Source: Octopus bimaculoides (Eukaryota). From it: a stretch of DNA of 64,000 bases. Below, in pieces: positions 13,236 to 27,444 of the stretch. The position numbers and the translations under genes are program-made. The stretch covers positions 25,676,642-25,740,641 of the forward strand of contig NC_068996.1 in NCBI RefSeq assembly GCF_001194135.2, written 5' to 3'. Position 1 is the first letter of the stretch. Each line of letters starts with the position of its first letter. The notes under the pieces are model-generated. The model saw nothing but the letters and a program-made list of their open reading frames with translations, was not told the origin of the DNA and did not search any database.

Positions 13236-14472
13236 CTTAGAACACAGTTTTATAACTTTTAGCTTTACAGTAATTGAAGCTGACATCATTACTTGTCAAT
13301 TTTCCATGTTGGCATGGGTTAGATGGGCTGCTACTGCAGTTGGAATAAAGACATAATCGAGGATACTGTCCATCTAAATGGCTTAGTAGACCACATCTAG
13401 CATCAGTTCTACAGCTGGGTGTCCATCCTAGCCCCAATCACTCTATAGAATGTACTAGATGCATGTTATATCATGGTACCAGCACTAGAGAGGTAGCCAT
13501 GTCTGCTAAATATCGAAAGAGACCTCATGACTCCTCATATCTGCTTGTTTACCAACCTCTTTACAGAGTGACAAACAACACTGATTCGTGGAATGTGTGT
13601 TGGGGGATGAGAATACTTAGTATTTTGAGATGTATTTATGGTCAAGGTGATATGGCCAAGAAGATAAGGCAATGTCTCAGGGGAGAAACCCAGGATATAT
13701 TGGAGAAAAGGAGTAAAAGTATGATGGCAGACGGAAGAAAATTGGGTAATGACAGTCCCTTACCTACCATTTGTTAGAAAGAAACGAATTTTATCTTTAT
13801 CTTTATAAGTTTCTTGGAATATTCTTTTATATGTTCCTTCTTATAGAAACTCCCAAATTTTCATTTCAATACAAGAATTATAATTCTTTAAATGTTTTTT
13901 TTTCTGTATGTGAACTCAAGTTATCAACAATTGCAGAAAAACTAAGTTCATCAAGTTAAGTCAATCAAGATTGCATTTAAGTTGCTTTATAATTTTTCCC
14001 CCCTAGAGGTGCTCGAAATGGAAATCAGGACCATTTTCATCTGTTCAAACAAAGGACTTACAAAAATAGGAAATTGAAAATTTGTGTGCTCTATTTACTG
14101 GGAGTTTTGACATTATGGAATTGATTACAATATTAACATAAGGATGGTAACATGCTGGACACAGCCTAAAGGAATGTGTGTAAATTTACATTTTAAAAAG
14201 CCAAACACTGTATGCATCATAATTGTAATAAGATTAAAGCAGAAGACATTTGGAGTGTTGTATCTGTATCTGCAGCTCTCTGTCTTTGTGTTTGCTGGAA
14301 TGATTGCAACTATCTGACTGCAGCAATAGCCTTATCTCTCTCATCTATCCATTTGCATTGCCATCTGCTGTGTGTTTATTCACTGCTTGGTAGGAAGATG
14401 TTATATTTCTTTTGTAAATTTCCAAATGTCGCTTGCATTACTTGATGAAAATATCAACTGTGTAATGTCTAG

Positions 14473-14690
14473 CCCTTTAGCATTCAGATTACTATGTCAA
14501 ATGTAATGCTTATTTTATTCACATTGTTTTGAATTAATCATGCATTATCTTGTAGCTTCAAGATTTCAATGATATAATTATTTTTAGAACAACATTGTAG
14601 GGTAGGTGAGAGAGGCCATATCTGGCTAGTTTTGAACATAAAACAGGTAGAATATTTGGGTTGGATATGGCCATTTTAAATGCCAAAGGG
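14473..14690. mobile_element. TTAA-type (piggyBac-like) MITE, family 1
   Basis: CCCTTTAGCATT ... AATGCCAAAGGG termini. The interior matches 20492-20709 (inverted) and 29896-30104. Confidence 0.8.
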
Positions 14691-15419
14691 TTGTACTCAT
14701 TTTGCACATCTCTTGCTCTTAGCAACATCACTCTCTTATTAGACTTTGAAAAGAAAAGCAAGGATCTCATTTGCCACATGGAGGAGGACATTTCAATTAT
14801 GGAATTGGGGAGGTCATTCAGACCACATTTTTCTTTTCTCTGATGAAACTTAACTTTTTCATCACTTACTGTGAATATTACTGCTGCCATCATCATTATT
14901 AACATCATTAGCTTAAAGGCTATATATATATTTTTTTTTGCTAAATGATTATCCAGAGATTGAGGACAAGCGTGATGACTATGTTGTTGTTGAAACAGTT
15001 ACAAATCCAGCTTGCTCTTTGATTACAGAATCTATAGTTATATTTCTTGGTTTCGTCTTTTAGCTTTTTTAATCATTGCCTTCAATTAAATGCTAGAAAT
15101 GTAGCCTTTAGCTTGATATCTTTTGGAATAGTGATTAATATGATTTTATTTTTAAATGGACGCCAATATGACTTTACTTTATTGATATGATGAAATACAG
15201 TAATTTGATTAATAAATTACTTGCAACCAGTACATTTAACTTGCATTTGTAAGTTGAGGTTGACAAAACATAACCCAGGATTTGACATATATGTCACTGA
15301 AGATAATCAGACAACTGATCGAAACAATGCTAGTGGCCAAGTTTACAAATAGTATGAAAAAAAAATAGACCATGTTCAAAGAACAGCATAAACTGATTTA
15401 TCATAAACACATATGAACA

Positions 15420-15800
15420 CACTGCAACACCCATGCACTCACTCGTCACCCTGTTTCTCACCACCAAATCGAACAGTGGCTGCCAACCAGTTCAACACCA
15501 CTCCTTTACGCTTACTTAAACATAGGTACACATGCACTAACTACCACACACACACACAGATACATACAACCCAACCCATCCTTGCCTCCCACCATTTTCA
15601 CATTCTCATGTCTTAAAAGCCACTTTCCCTATCTCTTTCTACTTCTGGTCACTTCAGCCATGTAAGTGTACATGTGCTTGGACTTTTCCCTTCTCTGGAC
15701 CTTTCCCTACTCTTTTTTCCATGTTATTCTGAGTGCGAAGCTAATACATTCCATGTGTATGTCCTTTTGACTTATGTTGTTTTGTTATTTGTTATCTTGA
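15420..15800 (+). mobile_element. Very decayed Penelope-like 3' end
   Basis: VAANQFNT (PVAxHFN-like), then a pyrimidine-rich tract and a GAG.G..AA.CTAATACA motif as at the 3' end of the 47750 copy. Confidence 0.4.
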
Positions 15801-15817
15801 ATATTTAATTTTCATAT

Positions 15818-16814
15818 NNNNNNNNNNNNNNNNNNNNNNNNNNNNNNNNNNNNNNNNNNNNNNNNNNNNNNNNNNNNNNNNNNNNNNNNNNNNNNNNNNN
15901 NNNNNNNNNNNNNNNNNNNNNNNNNNNNNNNNNNNNNNNNNNNNNNNNNNNNNNNNNNNNNNNNNNNNNNNNNNNNNNNNNNNNNNNNNNNNNNNNNNNN
16001 NNNNNNNNNNNNNNNNNNNNNNNNNNNNNNNNNNNNNNNNNNNNNNNNNNNNNNNNNNNNNNNNNNNNNNNNNNNNNNNNNNNNNNNNNNNNNNNNNNNN
16101 NNNNNNNNNNNNNNNNNNNNNNNNNNNNNNNNNNNNNNNNNNNNNNNNNNNNNNNNNNNNNNNNNNNNNNNNNNNNNNNNNNNNNNNNNNNNNNNNNNNN
16201 NNNNNNNNNNNNNNNNNNNNNNNNNNNNNNNNNNNNNNNNNNNNNNNNNNNNNNNNNNNNNNNNNNNNNNNNNNNNNNNNNNNNNNNNNNNNNNNNNNNN
16301 NNNNNNNNNNNNNNNNNNNNNNNNNNNNNNNNNNNNNNNNNNNNNNNNNNNNNNNNNNNNNNNNNNNNNNNNNNNNNNNNNNNNNNNNNNNNNNNNNNNN
16401 NNNNNNNNNNNNNNNNNNNNNNNNNNNNNNNNNNNNNNNNNNNNNNNNNNNNNNNNNNNNNNNNNNNNNNNNNNNNNNNNNNNNNNNNNNNNNNNNNNNN
16501 NNNNNNNNNNNNNNNNNNNNNNNNNNNNNNNNNNNNNNNNNNNNNNNNNNNNNNNNNNNNNNNNNNNNNNNNNNNNNNNNNNNNNNNNNNNNNNNNNNNN
16601 NNNNNNNNNNNNNNNNNNNNNNNNNNNNNNNNNNNNNNNNNNNNNNNNNNNNNNNNNNNNNNNNNNNNNNNNNNNNNNNNNNNNNNNNNNNNNNNNNNNN
16701 NNNNNNNNNNNNNNNNNNNNNNNNNNNNNNNNNNNNNNNNNNNNNNNNNNNNNNNNNNNNNNNNNNNNNNNNNNNNNNNNNNNNNNNNNNNNNNNNNNNN
16801 NNNNNNNNNNNNNN
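15818..16814. other. Assembly gap (N). Other gaps: 6589-6873, 27169-27299, 36959-37317, 60090-60433, 61395-61661
   Basis: Runs of N, mostly flanked by simple repeats. Confidence 1.
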
Positions 16815-16845
<31 letters not shown>

Positions 16846-18494
16846 GATGGTTTGTTGCCAACTTAATGTGGCAGTCTCAGGAAAGGGAAGAATGCTGCTA
16901 TTTAGCCCCAAAGCAAATATAGCTGTTAAGCTTGAGTTATGTTACTCATTTGCAAAAGTTTTATGTAAACATTGTTACATGTAAAACGGTTCATTGATAA
17001 ATTTAAATCTTCAAATTGTGAATCTTTATCTCAATTTCTTTATTCCTGTCCTCTTTTTTGGTTTTCACTTGTTCTATGAAAAATAATTTGGCAATCAATA
17101 TTTACATATTTACTTGTTGAAAATAATTCAATTGCAGGTTTAGTAGATTTGGTAACACAAGAAAAATTTCAGATATCACAAGAACTCATTCTGTATCAAT
17201 GTTAAGATAAAGGCTTTCTAGTGTGTTTGACATTTTTTTTTTTAGTTTTATGTCCATTTAAAAAATTTTTCTTTTCTTTGGTTTATTTCTTGGATCAAAG
17301 AGTTTGAAACTGGGACCCCACCTTGCTGTTTCCTTGACCATAAAGTAATAGTGCTTGTTTCAATCATTAGGCAAATTCTAAATTTCATGTACTTTACTGA
17401 GATACACAGTGAAATTTCTGTTGTAAGGTTTGATCTCCTGACCTTGTGCTTAGTCCAACAACCAAAGAAGTGTCCATTTGAATGATTTAAAGGTTAAGTA
17501 GGTTTGGTGTTAGTCACTCAAACTGAAGCAAATAGAATTATGTGTTGTGTTTAGGCAGAATACATCAAACAACCCTAGTGGTCAGTATTATAGCAAATGT
17601 AATTTCTTATCTATGATTTATTAATTTTCATTAAGAGAAGAAAAAGAACAAAGCATAAGATTTTATTGTTCTAGAGGCATTTTCCACTGTTCTTGCAAGT
17701 TACTTTACAGCCAGTGTACACTGTTAAGTGATTGGCATTGAGGAAAGGCAACCAACCATAGAAACTATGCTAAAGCTGACACTGAGGTTCAGCACAGCTT
17801 TGTAGTTTGCCAGAACCTGTCAGACCTACCAACTCATACCAGTATAGAAAACAGATATTAAAATGATGATGATGATTTTTCCAGATTACCATGTATTTGG
17901 TGTGTGTTACAATATATTACAATGCAACATTCTGATCAAGATCATCTTAACATTTTGTGTGTGCTCCAATCCTGTACATCCTAGTGTTAATGTTATCTCA
18001 CCTATGAAACCTAATATTTCCAGGTCTGACCCAATTATATCTTCTTTGGATTTAAACTATTTGTAACTAGGTCGGCTTGAATGAATCCAACCAAGAGTTA
18101 ATCAGTAATAATGATCAGCATCTTTTCCGTGATTTCATGGCACATTCATTAAGTATGCAACATCTATTTGCTTTATATGTTCAGAACAATATACTGATCT
18201 TTTCAGCATACCTCAAGCTAGGTTTTCAAATTACTTTTATACAATATTCCCTGTATATTAATATTGTACATTTAATAGATAATGCTTGGTTTGTTTCTCT
18301 ATTTGCTATAATCTGCATTCATTTATTCAGATTTTTACTGCCATTCAGAAACTTAACCTTTTACGTATACATCATATATTCTGCTTCTGACTTGGTAAAA
18401 GCAGTTTACTAATTTCACCCATATTATTTTAAATTTAGGCTATATACCACACCTAGCTCCACCTACAGTACTAATTCATACATAGTTTAGATAT

Positions 18495-19280
18495 CATTTA
18501 ATGTCCATGTTCCATGCTGGCATAGGTTGGACAGTTTGAAATTGATCTGTCCAAGGACTGCATTGAGTACCTTTGTCTGCTTTGACATAGTCTGTTTTTG
18601 GTTGGATGCCCTTTCTAATGCCATTTTACAATATGGACTGGCTGCTTTTTTTGTAGAACCTGCACTATTGAAATCACAAAAGAAAAAAAGAAAGTAACCA
18701 GTGCTCCACAAGGCACAAGCTGGGTAGAAGTGGGTGGGTGGATGGATGATTTGTGTGATTGTTTGGGAAGGTCATTGAGGAGGAGGCAGATGCCAAAATA
18801 AGCAGGAGGGATGAGATGAGTTATGAGGTGAAGAAAATAAAAGGATGCAGAAGAGCATAGAGCAGTGAGTTACAGGAACAGTAAAGATGATACAGTTGTT
18901 GGTGGGGAAGGATAAGAGAGAGGGAGGGGGAAGAGGTACACATAAGGCATAAGAGGGGCAAGTCATTGTAACACTTCCAGAACCTGAGTCTTTTTGAGAA
19001 CCTCATATTGCCAGAGATCCTGGTCTTTGTCATCTCTTCAATCAGGCTCAAGGTCTTGAGGTCAGCTTTCACTACTTCATCTATCTTCCTGAGTCTTTTG
19101 CTGGTTCCAGCAATGTTAAGTGAATGGCCCTTCCTTATACAGCTGTCCTCATTCATATGCATCACATGACCATATCATCTCAGTCTTCTTTTTTGAACAC
19201 ATCTGATTCCTCTTATACATAGTTTTTCACTCAGTGCCTTTGTACTAATTATTTCATGCACACTCACATTGCACATGCAA
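18495..19280 (-). mobile_element. RTE LINE 3' end
   Basis: HMNEDSCIRKGHSL..DEVVKADLKTLSLIEEMTK, followed on the same strand by the CCAACC..TGCCAGCATGGAAC..GGACATTAAATGAT tail. Confidence 0.78.
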
Positions 19281-20491
19281 TGAAGTATGTTTATGTCATT
19301 TCTTTTCAGTCTCTAGTATTCTGCATTCAAGGTTCATGTCTGAGATAATTTATTTTGTTCATGACATTTTTTGCCAGCTTTTCTTGAGCATTTTGTCAAC
19401 TTAAAATTCTGGTGTTCTGTCTGACTACATAGTCTCACTGAACTTTTCGACATGTTATCTGTAATTTCTGCCTATTCCTTTACCATACTTCAATAAAGGA
19501 TTTGTGGCCCCTATTAGTGATTTGGAAATCTTAAGTAATGGCATTGTAGCTATATGAAAATTGATAATACTAATATTAGATGTGGTCAGTTTTTGGATTA
19601 AATGTTTTTCTCTATTTCTCTACATCACTTAAAAATGATTTGATAAGTTGACAGTTTTATATCATCATCATTTAATGTCCATATTCCATGTTGGTATAGC
19701 TTGGACAATGAACTGGAGGACTGCATTGAACTCCAATGTCTGCTTTGGGGTTTCTGTGGCTTCCTAGCACTATTTTACAGTGTACTGGGTAGTTTCTTTG
19801 TGGCACTGGCTGCAGTTTGAGTGTCAAGTAACTTGCAGGACAACCCCACCTCCAACTGAATGAGGTTATAGTAAATGGGGTGTGTGACTTTATGCCAGTG
19901 ATGATAGAGGGACAGGCACAGACGTCTTCCTATAGAGAGATTACATGTAAATTATGAAATATTTACAAACTGGTATATATTTTTATGCTTAAGTGCCATT
20001 TCTTTTTTTTAAATAAATTAGGAAAGAGCAGTCCCCATGATCTTTACTGGTACTTACAGATGAGATTGGTGTTGAGTTTGAATATTTGCAGGTGGATCAT
20101 TGAGGGACAAACTGGGGCTGAGATAAATTCCAGTGGGTTACAGTTTGGAAAGAAAGAATCAGAGGAATGTTTAGTGTAAGACACAGTAAGGTTGCTAAAC
20201 TGAAGAGAGAAGAGCACCTTTAGTAAAGGAGTATCCTATCAGTCTGTTCAAAGGAGTAGAAGCTGTTAAAAGTAATTAAAAAAATAGAAACAGAATGAAG
20301 CAGCAAGTCTTTGAGTTGCTGATTATAGCACTTGAATATTTAGAGTATAGCATTGTGTATGTATGTATGTGTGTGTGTATGTATTATTTCCTACATGTGA
20401 GTAGCTTATTTCATATGAAGTTGCAATTTTTCCTTTTGATATTGTTTCCTTTTCATTATTATATACCAGTCAGATACTGAAATCAATTTAA

Positions 20492-20709
20492 CCCTTTAGC
20501 ATTTAAATTGGCCATATCTGGTCCAAATATTCTACTTGTTTTATGTTCACACTGGCCAGGTCCAACCTCTCATACGTAACCCATAATGTCATTCTAAAAA
20601 TATACAATCACATCATTGAAATCTCATAGCTACAAGATAATGCATGATTAATTGAAAGCAGTGTGAATAAATAAGCATTGCATTTGATAGTAACCTGAAG
20701 GCTGAAGGG
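20492..20709. mobile_element. TTAA-type MITE family 1
   Basis: TTAA 20488-20491, CCCTTTAGCATT ... GGCTGAAGGG, TTAA 20710-20713. Confidence 0.82.
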
Positions 20710-23700
20710 TTAATCAACCACCACCACCTTCAACTGCCTCAAATTTTCAGCCTTGCACCTGTGTTAGAAACAATTGTTACATTAATTGTACTCTGTATTA
20801 TATTCATACACATACACTTGACAAATGTGAAGACTGATAACTAAACTTCAACATGAATCTACAAAACAGAAAGTCTGTAAGGCTCTTTATTAGAATTCAG
20901 TCATTTTTCTTAAATATGAAAGTGTGAATTAAGCAGTTGCTCCCTCCACATTGTTTATGTAAAAAAAAGAAGGGATATTTAGATTGAAAGGTTAAAAATA
21001 TCTATTTATGTAGTATTAAGTATCTTCAAAGTATTTTCATACTGAGTTTATTGTTGCTCATTTGTAATTGTTCAAGTTCAATAGTTCACTTGTCTTATGT
21101 TTTGTGCATGTTTACCTTACATATAAGATGTAGATTTAATAGGTCACATTTAGATATGTAGTTTTGTGATTTTTCATACTAGTGTTCTTGTGTCTTTGTT
21201 TAACAGCAATTTAGGATTTAAGTAAAAGCTTAGTTATGTTGTGCTATTCTTACAGCTAGCCTTATAATGTCATATGGTATTAGTCTGAAACAATGCTGCC
21301 TTTCATTGATTACAGTAGAACATTGATCTCTAATCTACAGACTACTTCAGCATTATTGAAATATGTCCACCAATTATTACCTGGGATTCAAATTGTATTT
21401 GAAAATAGCGTCAAGATCATTGCCTGACCAATCCTCAACTTTGTTTTTGCAAATGTCATTGCAAATGTTAATATTTATAAATTGGAGAAGTGTTCTATTC
21501 AAGCAGATTGTTAGATAATTTGTGTAGTACACTATCTATATTTCAGAGGATATTCCAAAATTTTAAGGCTTTTATCATTTTGATTTAATTTTGTATGACA
21601 AAATGCCAAAATTCAAAATCCATTGCCGATGGTTTAAGGTAAAATTATTTTTATTTTATTTATTTATTTATTTATTTATTTTGCTAGATTGTCATGCAGA
21701 AAATAAGAATTGATCTTATATCTAAATACGAATCTAGATAAACTGTACTTTGAATTACTTGGCGTTTTGTTTGTTTTATGTATACAGAAACATTTAAAAT
21801 ATAATTTTCAATTTCTTAATATTTATGGAATTAAAAAAAAAAAAAATTCAGTATTATATTTTTGCTAAGTCTTGACTGTCTGATATGACCTCACATTTTA
21901 AACTTAATGTCTAAACAAGAAAAAAAAAAAGTATGTTCAGATGTAGTTTCACATGATTTTTTTAATGTTACATACAATCTTCTTTTTACTCTGTCTAAAT
22001 CACCAGACCTTTCACTTTCATCTTTGCTAAGATGTGATTTGGTTGTAACTGTGAATTGGGACAATGTTTTTCTTAGAGCAGTTATATAGTTTCAAGTAAG
22101 CAAATTTTGGGGATGAACAACTGGTAATTTCAATTGTTGGAATGAGAAATATATAATGTATTTTCATTATGCTAATGATTCAATACTTATAAGGTCTTCA
22201 CTACTGTTACTATTATTAACACAATATATATACTACAGTTTCAATATCTAAACATTTGAAAATGTTTAGGTATTGATTCCATAATTCGTATTTTCTATTT
22301 TAAAAGGAATATAGGTATCTGAAGCCAGAATCTGATATGAATGCAAACTGGTTGTTTTCTTTGATAATGATGAAGGTAAAAGAAGTTGAACTCAATTGTT
22401 AGGGCGCTTTTTTCAGTGAAACTGTATAAATATTTAACAGGGATACTGAAACAGATTTAAAACACTAGCCTTTTTACATAGGCCTGACAAACCAATGATG
22501 GATTTACTTTGTAGAGATAGCAGCCAAATCTCAATAATCCATTTTATCATTATGAAAGATTTGGTCCAAAATAGCCTAAACAGGCAGAATGGTTATGTCT
22601 GGAATACTAAATAACTATGCAGACCAGATAAAATTATTTTTAAGAATACCATCCATATGGCATAGTGGTTAAGAGCACAGGCTACTAACCCCAATATTCC
22701 AACCATCCACTTTGTTTGTGATCTATAATTGACCCTTTATAAGACCTGTGTAAGCTTCACTTATGTGATTATATAATTGATTCTGACCCACGTATATCTA
22801 TCATCACAAACTTCAGTCCACTAGCTGTCAGTGTTCTCTGTGTAAGCTTTCTTGTTCTTTTATCAACTGCCATTGAAATACTTTTGTATTCTTTCTCCTG
22901 GTTTTTTTTTAATAAACCACAATGCATGTTTGTTTATAGACTTTGGACATAACCAAACTAATCTTTCTTTTCCTCCTGGAACTACTTTCCATTCATCACA
23001 TTTCTTTGTAGTAAATATCAAGTTCAGATTTTTATTGGCTATTCATCATTCTTTCACCTCCATTTGGTAATTTAAGAAAGTTACAATAATAATAATAATA
23101 ATTGCATTTGGCTTAGGCATAAGGCCAACAGTTTTGGGGGAGTTTGTTAGTCAATACCATTGATTCCAGTATTTGATTGTACTTCATTTTATGAGTCCAA
23201 AATTTTAATTTGGAATGTAAAACTGGAAGAAATGCTGTTAAACATTTTGTCTGGTGTGCTAATGATTCTGCCTTAAAAAATTATATTACTTAGAGATTTT
23301 CTCTATATTAACAGCTTTTTCTTGACATTTATGTTGGACCATGATATTGTTATAAATTGAAGTAGAAAATATTGATTTTAAAAAAAGGATGAATTGATAA
23401 GAAATTAAGTGGATATTTAATTTATGTGTAAAAAGTACAAGAACATGTGTAGTCATTCATCATTCATAATGTAGGTTTCTTTATTATTAAATCTGTATTT
23501 ATGTTGTTAGGGCAATTACTCATTAAAGCTGCACTGTTTTGCCTATGCTACCAGAGACTGATTTGGATCTCATTAGGATGATGTGGTGGTTTTATAATTT
23601 CAACTTTTCTTAGTCTTGAATCAGTTCATTATCTGTGTTGATATTTCTGATTACAGTTAATGTCTGTTCAGTTTACACGATCTCATTATTTGTATAGTTG

Positions 23701-26700
23701 TTCCAGTTACCATGGTATTAATCACAATCAAGGCTAAAGAAGAGAATAGAGGGACGGGTTATAGGCTGTGAGACTCTGCCATGCTGCAGAGTTTTGAACC
23801 ATGTTGTGTTTGGTGTCAGTCCATCACCTTCTGATTACCTTCCTTTTTCTCATGCTGTTGGTGATCATAACCCTCTCACTAATTACATAAACAAAAGTAA
23901 CTTAATTCAAATACATCCTTTCTGTTGAAGTGTAGTGCAGAGGTTGGTCTACTGGCCAGATTTTACTTGATTAATACAATAAATTCATTTTTGAGGTAAT
24001 TGTAAATATATTACTGTTGGTCAGAAAAAGATGATCATGATTTTCTCCTAAACAGATTGACTCTTTGTTCCTGTCTGGTTATCTAAACAACAAAATTACC
24101 ATCAACTCCAGATTTTACTACCCATAGCCACTTCTTATAGTTTGGAAAGAATACTAAAAATATTTATATTTGAACTTAGTTTTGAGGTTTTAGCCTGCCA
24201 TGCATATCAGCACATTGCTTTCTTACCTATTAAATGTTGTGACTTGAGATATGATTACTCTACCATCATGACAAACACCATGTAGCCATGTTACTAAAAC
24301 CTTTCCTTTCTAAATCTGTCTTGAACTTAAGACTTTTTTTTATAAAGATCATCTTTCTCTATGAAGAATCAGTTTAGTAGTGCTTTCGACCATTTTTGTG
24401 AGGTCATCAGTACAGAGCAGCTTTCAAGGACATTTAAGATTGACTCTTTACGATGATGCAAAGTTGGTGACTTAACAGACTATTGGTACACACCATGCTA
24501 AGCATCAAAATGAAAGTTAAACATATTTTCACAATTACAAGGCCTACATATTATACTACACTTGAGCTTTTCTTCATTCATCAGAGTACACCTTGTTGCA
24601 CTTGATCAACTACCTTCTGAAGGTCAATTAAGGCCACGCACTAGTTCCATTTACCAAAGTTATTGTCAGTCGTATCATACAGCCAATATATTTGATTGAA
24701 GCTAACATAAGTTCAGGTGCCACTTTCTACCTCACTAGTCCTACTTTGTATCTCGTCTCTGAAACAGATTTTTGATTAGCGAAGACAGAAGAGTTGTAAG
24801 ATATCTTGTTATTGATGATCTGCTCTTCAAAATCTTATAAGACAATATTTTCAAATGAATGCTCTGTGAGAAATTACCCTTGTCAATATTTACTCATTTA
24901 TATAATAGGGTTTTGTACTGATTGCAATAAAACTCTATTGCTATGAAATTACATATTTTTCAACTGCTCAGAGCTCTTCTGTGTCATTGACTTGTTTTTG
25001 CTTATCATCCAGGTGTAGTTTTCAGATTAATGCTAAATTTCTCCTGTACACTTTCGTTTACAACACTCACTACAAATTTTTTTTTTCATCTTAGCTTTAA
25101 CATCCTATTTTTGTTCTTCTAACCTGTTGTTATTCTTCCTTAATCTCCATTTTCCTTCATAGCTTTCCTTATCTTGTTATTCCATCACTACTTAGGCATT
25201 CAGTAGGCAAGATTTTATTTCACACTGTTGTATCCTTATTCACATACTTTCCAGAATATATTAAGACACATGATTGACCTTTGCTAATTGTTTACTAATT
25301 TCAGGATGTATTCATTTGTTTCTTTGGCTGTTTACATTCCTCTTGTACAGTCATTGTTCCAAAAGTGTGATCGCACATTTCTCATATCACCTTTTACCAA
25401 AATATAGTCACCCTGAAAGTTAGCGACTTGCTACAACTAATGCAAAGAAGTGGTTTGTTTTAGCAAGTATTAGTAACTGCACACAATTCAGGAATAAAAT
25501 TTTTCAATACTTGGGTCATTAAAGGATTCGAGTCTGGTGATCTACATCAGTAATATTTCTGTTGGTTTTAAGTCAACAGAGATGACAGAAACCTTAGTAC
25601 TGCTGAGCAGATAATAGTTGAAGAAAGGATCCTTTGATTCATCTGTATATGTCCTTTAACATAGTTATTCAGAAATATCCTTACTTACTAGTACTTATAT
25701 GGATGTAATGATTTTTATGGATCATTCATCTTCAATCTTTTTTTTTTTAAACTTTTTTTGATGCCAACCCACATGGAACAATTGATTTTATAAAGCAAAG
25801 TTCATGTTTAAAGTGATCTAAATTAAAACCTTCCATCAAAATTTCATGTTAATTAACTTAGGTTCCAGATACCACCTTAATGAGTTGTCTTAAATCCTGC
25901 ATTTTCCAAATTTATTGAAACAAAGCGTATTTCAACAGATGAAAGGGTTAATGATTTCAGTCTAGTGCTTTACAAGTTTAAAATTCTCTGCTTCAGTAAA
26001 ATCTTGTAGCCTTTTCTTGTCAAACTACTTTTTGTTACTTTTAGATAACATTAATTTATTTGAAACTGAACTTTGACTACCTCATTTACTTGCCCAAGTT
26101 GGTGCCAATATTCAATGAAATGTTTTAGATTGTTATGTTGTAAACACTGGAGTATTATCATATGTAGATAGCAGCTGTGCATATTTTTGGAGAAGTTATT
26201 TCTAACTAGGAGCATATTCCGTATGTATTCAACCAACAGCTGCAAGTTTGTGATGGACTCTTTTTTTAGTTTATTAGTTGGTCTGTTTATAATATATGTT
26301 GTTCAAATCATCTTAAAATGAGCTGTTAGAAGTACAATTATAGGTATCTGGTAAAAATAAGTCTTGTTTCATAAAGTATTGTTAGCAATGTTTCTGTTAA
26401 CATGACTCTATCCTTCACTGGAAATAAATAGATCAATTTTTCTGCTAAAAACATCTCTGGTGATGATTATTGATTTCTATTCAATACAGAAATCCTTTTA
26501 TGCCACTAATAAGGTAACTTATTGAGAGATTGTCAAAGATACTGCAATTTATGACATTGAATTCGTATTCTGCCATACATAGGGGTTACTGCTATGTGGA
26601 AAGTGTTAGGCTTCTGAAGTATCGTGTCATGAATTATCTTGATGTGAAATATTGTTTAGAGAAACAATATGCTTATTAGTTATGTATTGCTCGAAATTGA

Positions 26701-26996
26701 CTTTTTATAAACAGCAGAAGAGGAATGTGGCTGTAAGCACAAATTATCAGTCAGTGACGTAACCATACTGAGACATAAGAAAAGAAACAAGTAGTTATTA
26801 GAGCAGATATGCTAGTTGAAAGCTATACGATCTGTGCAGCAATTGAGAAACTGTTCAATATAATGAATATATAGAAACTGAAAGGGTCTGTAAAGAATAG
26901 ATTTTATAATACAGATAAACTGTAAAAAGAAAAAAGAAAATGTCAACCCAATTTTAGATTATGTACTGTTAAATCTCCTCTGTTTAGAAAGTCAGT

Positions 26997-27444
26997 CAGA
27001 CTTTCTGCTTAATATGTGCAGAATTTCTGCTTAATATGTGCAGACTTTCTGCTTAATATGTGCAGACTTTCTGCTTAATATGTGCAGACTTTCTGCTTAA
27101 TATGTGCAGACTTTCTGCTTAATATGTGCAGACTTTCTGCTTAATATGTGCAGACTTTCTGCTTAATANNNNNNNNNNNNNNNNNNNNNNNNNNNNNNNN
27201 NNNNNNNNNNNNNNNNNNNNNNNNNNNNNNNNNNNNNNNNNNNNNNNNNNNNNNNNNNNNNNNNNNNNNNNNNNNNNNNNNNNNNNNNNNNNNNNNNNNT
27301 GCTTAATATGTGCAGACTTTCTGCTTAATATGTGCAGACTTTCTGCTTAATATGTGCAGACTTTCTGCTTAATATGTGCAGACTTTCTGCTTAATATGTG
27401 CAGACTTTCTGCTTAATATGTGCAGACTTTCTGCTTAATATGTG
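26997..27444. repeat. 22-bp minisatellite (CAGACTTTCTGCTTAATATGTG)n spanning a gap
   Basis: ~7.8 units before and ~6.6 units after N-gap 27169-27299; only one variant unit seen; no spacers. Confidence 0.97.

Noticed and set aside
22337-22375. Alternative first coding exon MNANWLFSLIMMK, phase 0
   Set aside because: In phase with exon A, but the donor (AAG/GTAAAA) is weaker, the peptide has no B56 resemblance, and such matches arise by chance over 30 kb.
26050-26260. Gypsy integrase relic (minus strand, ..TYDNTPVFTT..)
   Set aside because: One loose motif with multiple stops; no LTRs or other domains.
26997-27444. CRISPR array
   Set aside because: Units are directly adjacent with no unique spacers, there are no cas genes, and the context is eukaryotic; it is a minisatellite.
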